Assembly: GCA_039096225.1 (NCBI GenBank)
Contig: JBBPEB010000003.1
Location: forward strand, 248,001 to 312,000
Length of the DNA stretch: 64,000 nt
Reading direction: 5' to 3'
Origin: Blastocystis sp. Blastoise
Lineage: Eukaryota > Protista > Bigyra: Opalinata
This document shows positions 1-17,300 of the stretch, one piece after another; positions within the stretch are counted from its first letter, which is position 1, and the number at the start of each line of letters is the position of its first letter. The position numbers and the translations under genes are program-made. The notes below the pieces were generated by a model, which was not told the origin of the DNA, did not search any database, and saw nothing but the letters and a program-made list of their open reading frames with translations.

Positions 1-588
1 TGATGAAGCATCAAGATCCAATGGAAGTATATATATATTATCATGTTATATATATTATATATATATATATTATATATATATAGATGCTAAATGCTATGAA
101 GAACATGCCTGAAGACTTTAAATTCTGTATGCGTACAATTCAAATGGTATATATATATATATATATATATGTTTATTATTCATATTATTATGTCTTATAT
201 AAATACCTCCTATTCTTATCATCTATCTCTATGATTATATTATATTATATATCTATATACATATATATAGATGAATGGTTTGAATCATTCCTTAGGAGGT
301 AGTAATAGTGATCGATTATATGTCATGACAGATGCCTCTCAAAAAGGATTAGATTTACATAATGTTGATTTCAAACAATATAATATAACTTCACATATTA
401 CACATTTCTTCCATTATCTTCAACTTAGAATAAAACTTGCTTATTTGGATATTGTATTACCTATAATGAAGTATTATATGAAGAAGCAAATAGAAGCGAT
501 GGAGAAAAAGAAACAAAAGGAACTAGAAAATAAAGAGAAGGAAGAAGAACAGAATTCATCTTTATTAATTCCCGCGAAACTTGAATAA
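1..588 (+). CDS. 3' part of an ABC1/ADCK (UbiB-like) atypical kinase, paralog of the next gene; 5' end lies outside the window
   Basis: Exons 1-26, 84-146 and 271-588 splice at GT-AG. MLNAMKNMPEDF...NSDRLYVMTDASQKGLD...HYLQLRIK matches the next gene's MLNDMKNMPREM...NRSRLYLLTDSSQKGID...HFLQLRFK. Confidence 0.8.
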
Positions 589-1114
589 ACACAATTTAAA
601 GATATTCTATATACTTACATATATTCTTATTATATATCAATAATAATATATATATATATAGTTTCTTTTATTTTTTTTTTGAGTCATTTCATTGTATAAC
701 TATTACCTATCTATATTCAATTATTTCTTAAACGTTCTTAATATTATTATTTTACGTTCTTTCTTTATTCTTATTTCCCTTCTTTTATTATATATATTTT
801 CAAATAATTTTCTCACTAATATTTTTTGTATTCTAAAATGAATCTTTATACTATTCACTATTTTATATAATTTGAATAGTATATCTCTTTTTTTAGTTGT
901 AACTATTCTTATACTTTTTGTTTTCATTATTTTGGGGTCGTCTATTTTTTTCGTAGTTTAATCTTTGTTTTGTTTTGTTTTTTAACTATTTATTATGTAT
1001 AATCAAATACTATAATATTTAAACAACTAGATATCCGTTTTTGATTTCTAAATATAAAAAGAAAACGATAAACAACTTTAGTTATAAAGTTTCCTATAGT
1101 GCTATTTTTTATTG

Positions 1115-3538
1115 ATGAATGTTATTAAATCATTTGCTAGAAACCATAAACTCTTTACTAGTATCACCACGGTAGCAGCAGCATCCTCTTTAGGGTTGAT
1201 CGACAAAAATAATCGAAAAGCAGTTTCTGAGAGTTTATATGGCATTTATCGAGGCATTAGCATTTATTCATCAGTTTTTTATATCTTGGCTGACTATAAA
1301 ATATCTTTTCGAGGGCTTACAAAGGGATCAAAAGCATATACAGATTTAGAGCACACAGTTAACAAACGATCAGGTGAACGACTCTGTAAAACCTTTCTGT
1401 ATATGCATTTTATTTATTCATATATTCTATCATAATGTTTTAGAAAGCTTGGGGGTGTTTATATTAAAACAGGACAGGTATTATCGTCGATGGAACTTAA
1501 TTTACCTCCTGAATGGGTAGAAGCTATGGTCCCTTGTCAAGTATTTTATTCTAATTTATATATTTTTTTTATTCTTAAGATTTTATTCATGTATCAAGTT
1601 TATATACTATATTTCTTTAATAAATTATTCTTATATGATTATTTTATAGTGTGACGTGACGCCAATTCCCTTTGAAGAAGTGTCTCAAATATTCAAAGAA
1701 GACATAGGCATTGATTCTAAAGATATATTCTCTTCCATAGATCAGGTATATTATATTATTATTGTATATTATGTGTATTATATATATATATATATATTAT
1801 TATTATATTATATATATTATGTGTATTATATAAATATCTGATAATAATATTATTATATAATACTATATATACTAGACTCCAATAGGATGTGCGTCATTAG
1901 CTCAAGTACATAGAGCGACTTTAAAGACAGGAGAAGAAGTAGCAGTAAAGATACAATACCCGTTCCTTAAGAAAGAAGCACAAATAGATATACGAAATGC
2001 TGATAATTTATTTCGTATTATCGAATTGTTATTCCCTAATTTCGAACTTACTGTATATATACATAATATTATTATTATTATTATTATATATATGTCTTTA
2101 TTATATTATGTGGATATTTTTTTTTTAAATTTTTTGTTTCGATATATTTATGATCGAAATCTATATATATATATATATAGTGGATGATACCGTGGTTAAA
2201 AGAGCAAACGCGAAAGGAAATTGATTTTCATTATGAAGCCGAGAATGGTCGATATTCACGGGAATTCTTTAAGAATCGAGATGATATATATGTTCCAAAA
2301 GTGTATCCTGAATTATCGAGTAGTCGTGTATTAGTTATGGAATATATTAATGGTATTAAAGTATATATATACTCTATTAATAATACAAGATATTCTATGA
2401 TTCTATATATGTATATATTACATATTGAGTATAGCTATAAATTAATATAGTATATATATTATATATAAAGGTGAATAATATAAATGGAATTCGATTTCTT
2501 GGATTAAACCCTCAGTCAGTTGCACGTTCGTTTGTAACGGCCATGGGGGACATGATCTTTTTAGCCAATCGAATTCATAGTGATACACATCCTGGAAATG
2601 TCCTTGTATATATATATATATATATATTATCAATCTAAACTCTCTTCTATCCCTCAATATCCTCCAATAGATTCGACAGAACCCTCATAATCCCTCAAAA
2701 CACCAAGTAGTACTTATTGATCATGGACAATACTGCTATATCCCGCGGGAATTCCAATATCAATTCGCATTATTATGGCAAGCAGTTATTTTAAGAGATA
2801 AATCAGTAATATATATATATAATTATTTTATTACTTATTCTAAAAACAATATTTTCAACCATTTAAATATATATATATACATATTCAGACTGTTTCAGCC
2901 ATTTGTCAGTCTCTTCATTTAGGTTCTTTAGAGCCATTCTTACCCTATATGCTTCTAGAACAATCAGGATTAGAAGATAAACAGTATAGATAACTATATA
3001 TATAATTATTCATAGGAATCTATATATAGTGTCAATTTATAATCATATAAATATATATATATTATTTTATATTTTATTCAATATATATATATATATATAG
3101 AATAGGTGAGAAGATAAGTGAGGATGAATGGAAAGAAATGGAGACACTAATGGAGGGAGACTATAATATGGAAGCTATGTTGAATGATATGAAGAATATG
3201 CCACGAGAAATGATGTATATGATGAAAATATTACCTCATATAACATATATTAATAATATTTTGGGAAATAGCAATCGTAGTAGATTATATTTATTAACTG
3301 ATTCTTCTCAAAAGGGTATTGATTATAATAAAAACAACCATCAGAATTTAAGTTTATATACAAAAATACAATCGACAATTCATTTCTTACAATTACGTTT
3401 TAAGTATATATATATATATCAAACTATATTTAATGACTACTACTTTATTACAATTATATATATAGATTATTTTATTTTGATATTGTGATGCACTTATTAA
3501 AATCATATTTACATTCTTCATTAGAAAAACAAAAATGA
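1115..3538 (+). CDS. ABC1/ADCK1-like atypical protein kinase (multi-exon)
   Basis: Spliced exons give LGGVYIKTGQ, PIGCASLAQVHRA, VAVKIQYP, EIDFHYEAEN, VLVMEYING, HSDTHPGNVL and LIDHG, the ABC1-family motifs. TGA at 3536-3538. Confidence 0.92.
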
Positions 3539-3881
3539 TTCTTTATTCATAATTTGAAATAAAATGAAATCATTCTTTGAGTATCTATGTATACTATATT
3601 CATTCTCTATGTCTTTGTCATTGTTCCATTTTTTTATTCTATTTCTTTTCTTTTAATAATTTTTTTGTATGAAACTACATAAGAAATAATTCTATTATTT
3701 TCTATCAGACACTCATTTTTAATATATTATATGCATAAAATAATAACTATGTCTGTTCACCCATTTCGTAAATGATTCAATTATCAACTTATCTTATTTA
3801 GATCACTTTTTTCTAAACACGACATTACTGATTTAATTATTTTTATTTTGTTAAAATATAATATTTAAATTATTAAGAATA

Positions 3882-5089
<1,208 letters not shown>

Positions 5090-5173
5090 AAACGTATATA
5101 AAATGAAAAACGATTTGAAAACTAGTTTAGTAAAAAAATCAAAAAACTTTGTTAAAAAGAAAAATAAAAGAAT

Positions 5174-5246
5174 CGCCCACCGGGGGGCTCGAACCCCCGA
5201 CCACCAGGTTAAGAGCCTGGCGCTCTACCGACTGAGCTAGACGGGC
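5174..5246 (-). tRNA. trnK-CUU: tRNA-Lys (anticodon CTT)
   Basis: Reverse complement GCCCGTCTAGCTCAGTCGGTAGAGCGCCAGGCTCTTAACCTGGTGGTCGGGGGTTCGAGCCCCCCGGTGGGCG forms a full 73-nt cloverleaf with anticodon stem CCAGG/CCTGG and loop CTCTTAA. A T-rich terminator follows. Confidence 0.98.
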
Positions 5247-5643
5247 TTAACGGAAGAATGTGATATATTATAGTACATATAAAACAGCTTACTGGCAGTT
5301 TACTAAATAAATCAGATACATTAAATAAGCTTATCAAATGAATTCTATTCTCATTAAAATATAAAACAAAACGTATAAATAATTGGATTATTCAAAACAC
5401 CAGAACATATATAAAAACAAACAAAATATAGACAAATTTTTAAAAAATAAAAAAGAGACTCAATTCATAAGAGAAATATAAAGTGTGCGCATTAAAAGAA
5501 GAGGATTTTAAAAAAATACTTCAACTGTTATATACATGAATATAGATATTTATAGCAAATTGAAAAATTAGAGAATGAATGATAAAACAGAATATAGACA
5601 AAGAAATGTAAGTATACATTTCAAGGAAGAAAAGTATTTGATA

Positions 5644-7593
5644 CTAAATATATTTATAACGAGTTGATTCGATAGAATTTTTTCGTTTGCATATAAGAGT
5701 TTGGTGATTGTAATCCATTTTCAATAGGTTGACTTTCCTCAGTAATTGGTATGGTTTCATTAAATTTATCTAAATCAATACATACTGTTTGATACTTAGC
5801 AACTTGACCTACACAAGGAGCATAGATAACATTCGATTCTATTTCATCATATATATATGAGATACGAGCCTATATAGAAATAATAATATAAATCAGATTA
5901 TTCAATAAAGAATATATATAAATGATATTGAATAAATATATATAATATAAATAATCATTGAATAAATATGTATAATGATCATTATTATTATAAATATATA
6001 TAATATAAATAACTATAGAATAAATATATATTAGGATATATATATAAATATACTTGGAAATTATTTGAAGTAACTGGTTCTGCACAATCTAGTAATACCA
6101 TTATTTCTAACTCTTTTTCACGAATATTTTGAATTATGTTCTCTGCAGTTAAATCTAAAGATATATATAGTTTTAATATAATGAAGTGTATAAAAAATAA
6201 AATATATTTATATTGTTGATTTAGTCGAAAATGATTCTATTTGTATATAGAATAGAAAATGAATTAAATACAGTAAATAATATTTGTAATTATATATATA
6301 TATATACCTTTATAATCTTTTATATAGTCAGGAAATAACGGAGAGTTCTTATCGATCACATGACTTATTTGATTAGGAAGTGCTAAGAAAAGAGGAACAT
6401 CTCGATCATGTTCTGCCTGTATATATATATGTATATAATGATGAATAGAAATATGTATAGAATACGTATAGAATATAACATGAAATAGTGATAATAAATA
6501 AATAAATATATATATATACATATTGAGCCATATAACTAAGTTGATATCTGACTTTATCCTGTTCATTATATGTATGTTGACAACAATATATATGAATAGA
6601 CGGCTGTAATACTTGATGCTTTCGGCGATCACATACTTGAAATATAAAATGCCAAACTCCATTAATCTTACGTAGAATGGCATGATCTGTAAATAATATA
6701 GTTTTGGCTCTTGTCTATATATATATATATATATAGAATAGTAAAATGAGCAATATATTTACTTGAAATTCATAATAATACATATTATAATAATAAACAT
6801 AATAAACATAAAAAACATAATAAATATATTATAATAAAAAACAAAATACATATTATAATACATATTATAATAATAAACATAATAAATATATTATAATACA
6901 CATTATAATATAACCATAATAATACACACTATATATATATACTTTCCCTCTAGATAGTCTGGTATAGATTAACCCAATACTAAAACTAGACATCAAGATA
7001 CCCTGTAATGCTTGTGCAAATACGAGTACGAAGGCCAACCAATGACCACTTCAGTATATTAAGAAAATACATATAAATATATATATATTCAATACTCAAG
7101 AATTTAAAAATTTAAAAAATATATCTAATATATATACATATATATATATTTATGATTATCCTAATTATATTCTATAGAACTCTATAGAATAAAATATTTA
7201 AAAAAAGAAATAAAAGATATCAAACGTAATATCAGTAACTGTATAGCCAATTGTTGTCATAGTTTCTAAACTAATAAACAGAGCTGCAACGTAAGAATTA
7301 ATATCTACAAATCCTTGACTTCTTGAAAAATAATAAACAGTACCCCAAAAGAAAACAGAAATAATATATGTAAAGAAAATAACTAGAATAAGTTTTCCTG
7401 TCGAGAAAGCAGCTAATGTATGAAACCAATCGTGAATGTAAGATGACTTCTCTCCAACACGGCAGATATTCAAGATTCCATCACTTGTACCGTCATCTTC
7501 TTCTCTACTAATGATTCGAATAAATGTATGATCATCATTTTTTATTTCTATTATGGGTGGTTCAATAAGAGGATGTTTATCAATTTGTTCCAT
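5644..7593 (-). CDS. Inward-rectifier potassium channel (Kir/IRK family)
   Basis: DWFHTL slide helix, M1, pore ISLETMTTIGYT, M2 AQALQGILMSSFSIGLIYTRLSR, then RAKTILFTDHA, LALP..ISHVIDKNSPL, ARISYIYDEI and IDLDKFNET. Start placed at MEQIDKH. Confidence 0.9.
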
Positions 7594-8003
7594 AATCGTT
7601 TCTGATGAAAATAAACACTTTCCTTCAAAAACATAAATAAAAAACACATGAAATACACCAATGAATAATGAGAAAAAGTGGTCAAAATTACGGGACTAAC
7701 ATGAATAATGAAAAAAGTGAACGAAATTCTATTTCGTTCTTGTTCTTGATAATCCCTTATTCTTTTAATAAGTGATAAAAATATAATAGGTTTACGATAA
7801 TTATTTAATAATAAGGAGAATGATAGAAAAGAATGTGATGATAATTTTATTAAAAAAGTATAGATTCCTTAGTAATATAAAGAAATACAAAACAAAAGTG
7901 AGTAAACTTGACAAGCAAGGCAATCAAGAAGAAGATAGCACATATAACAGACTTTTAAAAATCACTTCATAAAAATTAAATTAACTAATTTAAACAGTTT
8001 CGT

Positions 8004-10274
<2,271 letters not shown>

Positions 10275-11916
10275 TTCTTAATTAACTAACAAAATATTAT
10301 ATATATCTCTAAACAAAAATTTGGTAAAAAAGAGAAAAGAATTAATTGTGTATTCCTTGATTTCTTTAGAATTGTCCCTATTCTATTTTAATAGTCCTAA
10401 CAAATTCTTGTTCTCTCTATGTCATAATAAGGAGCTATATAAATGACACTATTGATATACTTCATTCTATTGGAAACTAAAAGAAATAAATCAATAAAAT
10501 TCGTATAAAAACCTCTTTTAATTCTCCGTTGTGATGAAGGAGAGTGCGTCATAGGACCTTTATCGAATCTCATCAGGCTTCCATTTTGTTCATCGGAATT
10601 CATTGTTCACTTGGGAATGATGCTGATTAAAGATTCTTGTTATTAAACGATACACATACCTTTTTTCTTTTTATACTATTTAAATTTTTCTCACTATATG
10701 CATTTATTATATAACTAATTTTTAGAAAAATGTATATCTCATTTTCAGTAACATAGTTTATTTCCATATGAACTATTTTTATAAAGCATCAATTCAAACA
10801 CTACATTCACAACGATAACATATCTTTATAGAACAGATAAATGGATAAGCTATGATAATGATATGAAAACATGTATTATATGTATTTTTTGAATTTTAAT
10901 CTGTTATTTTGAAAATCGTTTGTTTCTTCGTTGTCTTTACAATTATGATTGTTTCACTATATTGAATCTCTTTCAAGTCGTCTTCAATAATTATGTACAT
11001 AGTCTTTGCTAGAATTACTTTGAATTTTACATCAATGAACAACGATCTACGAACTAATTAGTTTCTGGAATAACAATTTATTGAAGAGATATTGTTATAG
11101 TATCATAGCATCATTCTATTTTGTTTTATGCTTAGAATCAACGTACATTTAGGCTTAATTATAAAAATACAATTTATTATTATCTAGTTACTTTTTATTC
11201 TTATTTTCGTATCATTTCCTATCTCATAATATAGATTCAACATAAAAACAAGGTTATTTCAGGAAACATCAGCTTCGATTTGAACAGTGTTTAAAAATTT
11301 TATAATAAGACTTCTCTGAATAGGAATCGATAAATACATGATATTTCAATATAATATGAAGCTTAATTTGATCAATGTCATAAGAAAGTCGAGAATGATT
11401 TCGAAAAAAAACAAAATAACTTATATGATACCTCATATACATCTCTATTATATAGATGAATATTATTGGAGATAATAGAATGAATTCGAACAAATATATG
11501 AATCGAAGTTTCTCTACAACGGATAGCAATTGCTTAAACACTAAACACTTTTATTACTATTATTATGAATAAAACTATTCAAATTACATTATTTTTCGTT
11601 TTAAACGTGAATGCATCATCAATATATTCGACACTTTTTCAAATTCTCGTTTTATATTATGTTCATGATTCCATTGTCGGTTTAGCTTTCATTATTTCTA
11701 GAACAATAATTATAGATAACCAAAAAACATAATCACGGTTATTTTCCATCATTTATACATGAATCTCCCATTTTTTCATGATTCTTTCATTATTAAAATA
11801 GCCAATAAAAATAAGGGTAGATGATGACACATCTCCTTTGACCTAATATGATGTTTTTTTCGATTATCCTTTATTCATATCCATAAACATTTTATAATTA
11901 TTTCTATTCTTTAATC

Positions 11917-12501
11917 ATGGCTGATCAACCTAAAAAGGGTATATAATTGTATATCACTGATTCTATCATCTAGTTATACTTGATATTCAACAATTATCTG
12001 TTTCTATTGCGAACAACCCAGTTTTACATAACTTAAACCTCAAGATCTGTGAAGGTGAAAATCATGTTATCTTAGGACCTAATGGATCTGGTAAGAGTAC
12101 CTTGATCAAGACTATTATGGGTTTCTCTGAGTGTGTTGTAACTTCAGGTACTATAACATTCTTAGGCAAGGATATCACTAACATGCCTATGAGTGAAAGA
12201 GCTAAAATGGGTTTAGGTCTTCTTTTCCAATCACCTCCTGAAATCCAAGGTTTAACCTTAGAACATCTTGCTAAAGCTTGTTTCCCTGACTGTGTTGAAG
12301 ATGATAAATATCATCGTCTTGCGAATAAGACTTCAATGACTAGTTTCTTGGAAAGAGAGGTAAATGTTGGTTTCTCTGGTGGTGAAAGAAAACGTTCTGA
12401 AGTCTTCCAATTATTACTTCAACATGTATATATAAATGTTTTTTTTTGTACTCTATTATTCTTTATTTATTTTAATATATATAATAATTATATTTTAATT
12501 G

Positions 12502-12571
<70 letters not shown>

Positions 12572-15135
12572 CCTCTTTTAGCTCTTTTAGATGAACCAGA
12601 GAGTGGTGTTGATTATGAAAATGTCAACGTTTTAGGAAAGGAATTAGCTCGTTTACAACATGAATTACATGGTACTTATAAATCTGCCTCTTTAAGTATA
12701 TATATATATTAGTTAAATATATGTTGTATTACATATTCATTTCATTAGCTAGTTTGATATGTATATACTGTTCTTTATTATTATTATTATATATATTAAT
12801 ATATTCTTTATATAGCTATTACTCATACGGGTCAGATCTTAGCTTGGATTCGTGCTGAAGTCGCTCATATATTATGTGCGGGTACTATTACTCATACCGG
12901 AAATCCCAATGTTTTCTTAAAACATATTCAAAGCTCAGGATTCTCGTATATACAGAAATATTATATTTTGTTATTTTTATTATTTCTATTAATGCTTATT
13001 TTTTTATATTTATTAATGTTTTTTTATATTTCATTAATATATATTTTTTTTATATCTATTATTATATATATTTATTATATTTTATTAATATATAGTGCTT
13101 TTGCCAATAATACATTTGTTGATTATGAATCTGCTAATGGTAATTATATATATTTATATATATATTTATATATTTATATATTCAATATATAGTGAATTCT
13201 ATTGATACTGCTCAAGAGCCAATGAGTTTTTCTGAAGAAGAAGAAGAAGAGAATCATGTATGTAATCATTCGCATTCTCCTAATCATAAGTGTTGCGGTA
13301 AACATCGTCAAGGAAAACGTTGTTGTCGTTCTTTACAAAGAGGAGAAGAAGAAGAAGAAGGAGAAGGAAAAGATATCGATATACAAGATTTAGAAGTTAA
13401 AGCCCCTAGTACTTTGAAACTTAATGTTGATAATGAAAATACTGTGAAATTGAATCTTGATGAAGATCTATTTTCTGCTGTTCCTGGACAAGTTGTGAAT
13501 ACAAATAATGCTAATAAGATTACTTTATCTGTTGAAGATAGTGATGATAATTATGGTGGTTTTTACCGTCAAACAGATCAAGCTGTTACTATTGCTTCTT
13601 CTCTTCAAGAGGGAGTAGAAGTCTTGAATCTTGGAGATGCTATTAAGAAGTATCCCTTTATTAAAGAGAAATACATGTGGCGTGCTGTAGATGCCAATAA
13701 AGATGAAGTGACAAAGGCAGTTGCTGTTAACGATGAAATCAATCCTACTGGTTATGTTATTATTGCACATCCTGGAGTCAAATGCATTAAACCTATTAAC
13801 TCACAGTATTATATTATTGTTTATAATTTTATTTTTTATTATTATTTTTTTATTTTTTTATGCTCTATTTAGAATTCTATTTATAATTATAAATATTATT
13901 TTTTAGATTGATTATGGAACAGAATCATCATCAATATGTACATAATATTATGATTGCCTTCCCTGGATCTGAACTTACTATTGCCTCTACTTGTACATTT
14001 ATTGATTCATTAATCTATTTATTTATATATTTATTTATATTTTTTTATTTGTTTATTCATTAATATATTTATTAATATATTTATTTATATATTTTTTTAT
14101 TTATTTATTTATTTATCTATTTATTCATTAATATATTTATTTATTTATTTATTTATTTATTATATATCTATATATATATTACTATAGGTACATTTAAGTG
14201 TCCTAATAAGCAATATGATGAAAGAGAGGAAACGACTGCTGAAGGAGGTAATCACTATGGTATCTCTGAATTCTATATTGAAGAAAATGCTCAACTTTGT
14301 TTCTCTATGATTCATACTTGGTGTCATAAATATATTGTATTCCCTCGTTCAGCTGCTATAGTTGAAAAGAATGGTGTTTTCTTCTCTAATTATATTTGTT
14401 TAGAAGCTGTAAATAAAGTTCAAATGTGTCCAAGTGCTCTTCTCATGGAAAATGCTACTGCTAAATTCAGTGCTGTTTTACTTGCTAAAGAGAATTGTGT
14501 CTTAGATGTTGGCTCTAAATCTGTTTTGGCGGGAAAAGGTTCCAAATCAGAAAGTATTACTCGTACTATTTCTAAAGGTATATATTTATTATTTTTATTA
14601 TTTTTATTTATTGATTATTATTATACTATTTTATTATTATTATACTATTTTGTCAGTAAACATTATATATATATATATTATTATTATAGGTGGTGATGTA
14701 TACGCTCGTGCTGATATTATAGGTAAAGCCGCAGATACGAAGGGACATATTGAATGTCAAGGTTTAGTAGTAAATGAAGAGAAGGGATGTATATATTCTA
14801 TTCCTCAAATATCCGGTGGTTATGGAACTGAATTATCTCATGAAGCTGCTATTGGTAAGATCGCTCAAGTATATTATTATTATATATTATTATTATTATT
14901 ATTATATATATTATTATTATTATTATATATATTATTACATTACTATTATATATTATTAATATAAATCTATCTATAGGAGAAAATAGAGTATTTAATGTCT
15001 CGTGGCTTAGATGAAGACACTGCTGTTTCTCTTCTTATTCGTGGTTTCTTGACTTTAAAGATTCAAGGTATTCCCGTGGATATTCAACGACAAATGGATG
15101 AAGTCATTGAAAAAGCAGCTGAAGAAGGCTTTTAA
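11917..15135 (+). CDS. sufCB: SufC-SufB fusion (SufCB / SmsCB), Fe-S cluster assembly scaffold
   Basis: Ten exons (9 GT-AG introns) join in one frame: Walker A GPNGSGKST, signature FSGGERKRSE, Walker B LDEPESGVD and H-loop ITH, then a linker, then the SufB beta-helix (QYVHNIMI, HYGISEFYI, MIHTW, KGHIECQGL, ELSHEAAIGKI, YLMSRGL). Confidence 0.95.
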
Positions 15136-15486
15136 AAACTTATTTTGTACTCTATGTATCCTTCAGTGGCATTTGCTATTGTAGTTATGTTTTGTATGTG
15201 AACTATGTGTTTTATATAGAACATATACTAACATTTTCTAGTTGTTTTATTCTTCTTAAGGAATTTTATTTCCTTATCTATCTTTTTACTATTTTTTTAT
15301 TTTGGGGTTTCATATATTTTCTTTTACTATTGTTGTCACATTCTATATATAGTGTGATACCATTCTCTTGTTATAAATCAATTACGATTTTATTTTTGTT
15401 TTGTTAAAGAATATGTTATAAATTAGTTATTATCTTGAAGTTATAACGTAACAAAAGTATCATAATAATAATATATACAGAATAGA

Positions 15487-15819
15487 TTAATTAAATAATT
15501 TAATTGATTTCCACGTATTTAACAACTTTACAAATGTTTCTTCTTCTAATACATATTTACTAAACTCTGGAAGAGCTATTTTTGTCTTTGTACTGGAACT
15601 TGTAATAGTGCTTATATACTATATATATATATATATATATTAAGGATTATAATCCATTAAAGATTATAATAACTCAGTGGCTACTAAAACTGACAAAAGA
15701 ATATATATATATAACACTCATATTAAATATATATATATAATCAACCATATATATACATGTGAATGATAATTAAAGAATGAAGTAGCGACGGCATCGATAA
15801 GAAAAGATGCAGAATCAAT

Positions 15820-15875
<56 letters not shown>

Positions 15876-16564
15876 TAAATAATATTTTTAATAGTATAAA
15901 AATCTGGTAATAAATATATTATTCTTTTAATAACATATATATATATATGTATATATATATATAAACAATAATCATATATATACCAGAGCCAATATCAAGA
16001 GGAGGAGCATTTTCATTATCTTGATCTATAAAAGAATATATTATTACAAATATATACATAAATAATAATATTCATAAGAAATACAAACTAAAAAATATGG
16101 ATAGATTTGTTTGAATTCTTCAATATCAAAAAATTCATCTCCTTTTAAATCAAACATTTGAAATAACAATTTAATACGAAATTCTTCGCAATTATTCCTA
16201 GTTAAGATTCCACAAATTACAACGAAATCTTGGAATCGAATACAATCATTATATTCTGAACTAAACACTTGAGCCATCCTAAATATGAATAAAAATAGCA
16301 TTCAATTCTACACACTTGACCATAAAATAGTATAACCACTATATAAATAATATCATTATACCTTTGTAAAATAGTTTTATTGTAACATTTGATGATTTTC
16401 TGGAAAAACGCATATAAATCAGAGCTTACTATATAGCAATTCTGTAGTTCTTCACTTCTACTCATGGATACATATATTTTTCTTAGATGCTCTATTTCAT
16501 TTGAATTAAATAAACTCTGTACTACTGCATATGTTGTTATTGGTTTCGATGGAGAACTTCCCAT
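15487..16564 (-). CDS. N-myristoylated EF-hand protein (calcineurin B / NCS-like)
   Basis: MGSSPS myristoylation start, FNSNEIEHLRKIY, IRFQDFV and LLFQMFDLKGDEFFDIEEF EF-hand. Spliced ORF ends ...KSIKLFN*. Confidence 0.8.
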
Positions 16565-17074
16565 ATCAACAAATATAAATGGAATTTCTTTTTTAAGATT
16601 TTAAAGCTGTTTTCTGCATATTTGAATCGTTAATGCACTATTTTTTTGTATCTAAACTTGTTGTATGTCACCTATAGGATCATTAGAAAATACTGTAATA
16701 TTTCTATTCTTATTAAAATAACTTTAAGTGAATAAAGATTTGTTCTCTTTTATAATAATTCTTTAATGTGCCTTAATTATGTATAGAATTCAAATATCAA
16801 TATGAAAAAAATAAATAACAAGAAAAAGCAACTAATTAACATGTGTTCATTTCTAAAAAGATAACTTTATTTTAAAAAATAACATGTATTTGTAGAATTG
16901 CCAACATTTAAATGTAAAATAAATAAAACAAAACATAAAAATAATACCAATTTAGTATATTGATTTAAAAATCTTATCCTAGATTTTTAGAAGAAGCGGA
17001 TATATATATATAAATTCTTTTTAATAAAGTATAAGTTTAAAAAGCAAACGAATAAAAACAAATATGAAATAGAT

Positions 17075-17261
17075 TTAGAGCATATCACCAATATTCATAG
17101 GCATTTCATCGATTTGAGTAGAATAGAAAAGTTCGATATCTTTTAATAATTGAGCATCTTCATTAGTAATGAAATTAATAGCTACACCCTTTCTACCAAA
17201 ACGACCCGATCTACCAATTCTATGTAAATTATATATTATGTTTTTGTTTATTATTATTATG

Positions 17262-17300
<39 letters not shown>

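Noticed and set aside
10397-10603. 68-aa minus-strand ORF upstream of prolidase
   Set aside because: No recognisable motif or convincing exon chain. It may be a fragment, but this cannot be supported.
16075-16110. Apparent missing GT donor after EEFKQ in the EF-hand gene
   Set aside because: The exon continues to ..YYYL and a canonical 32-nt GT-AG intron restores the frame.
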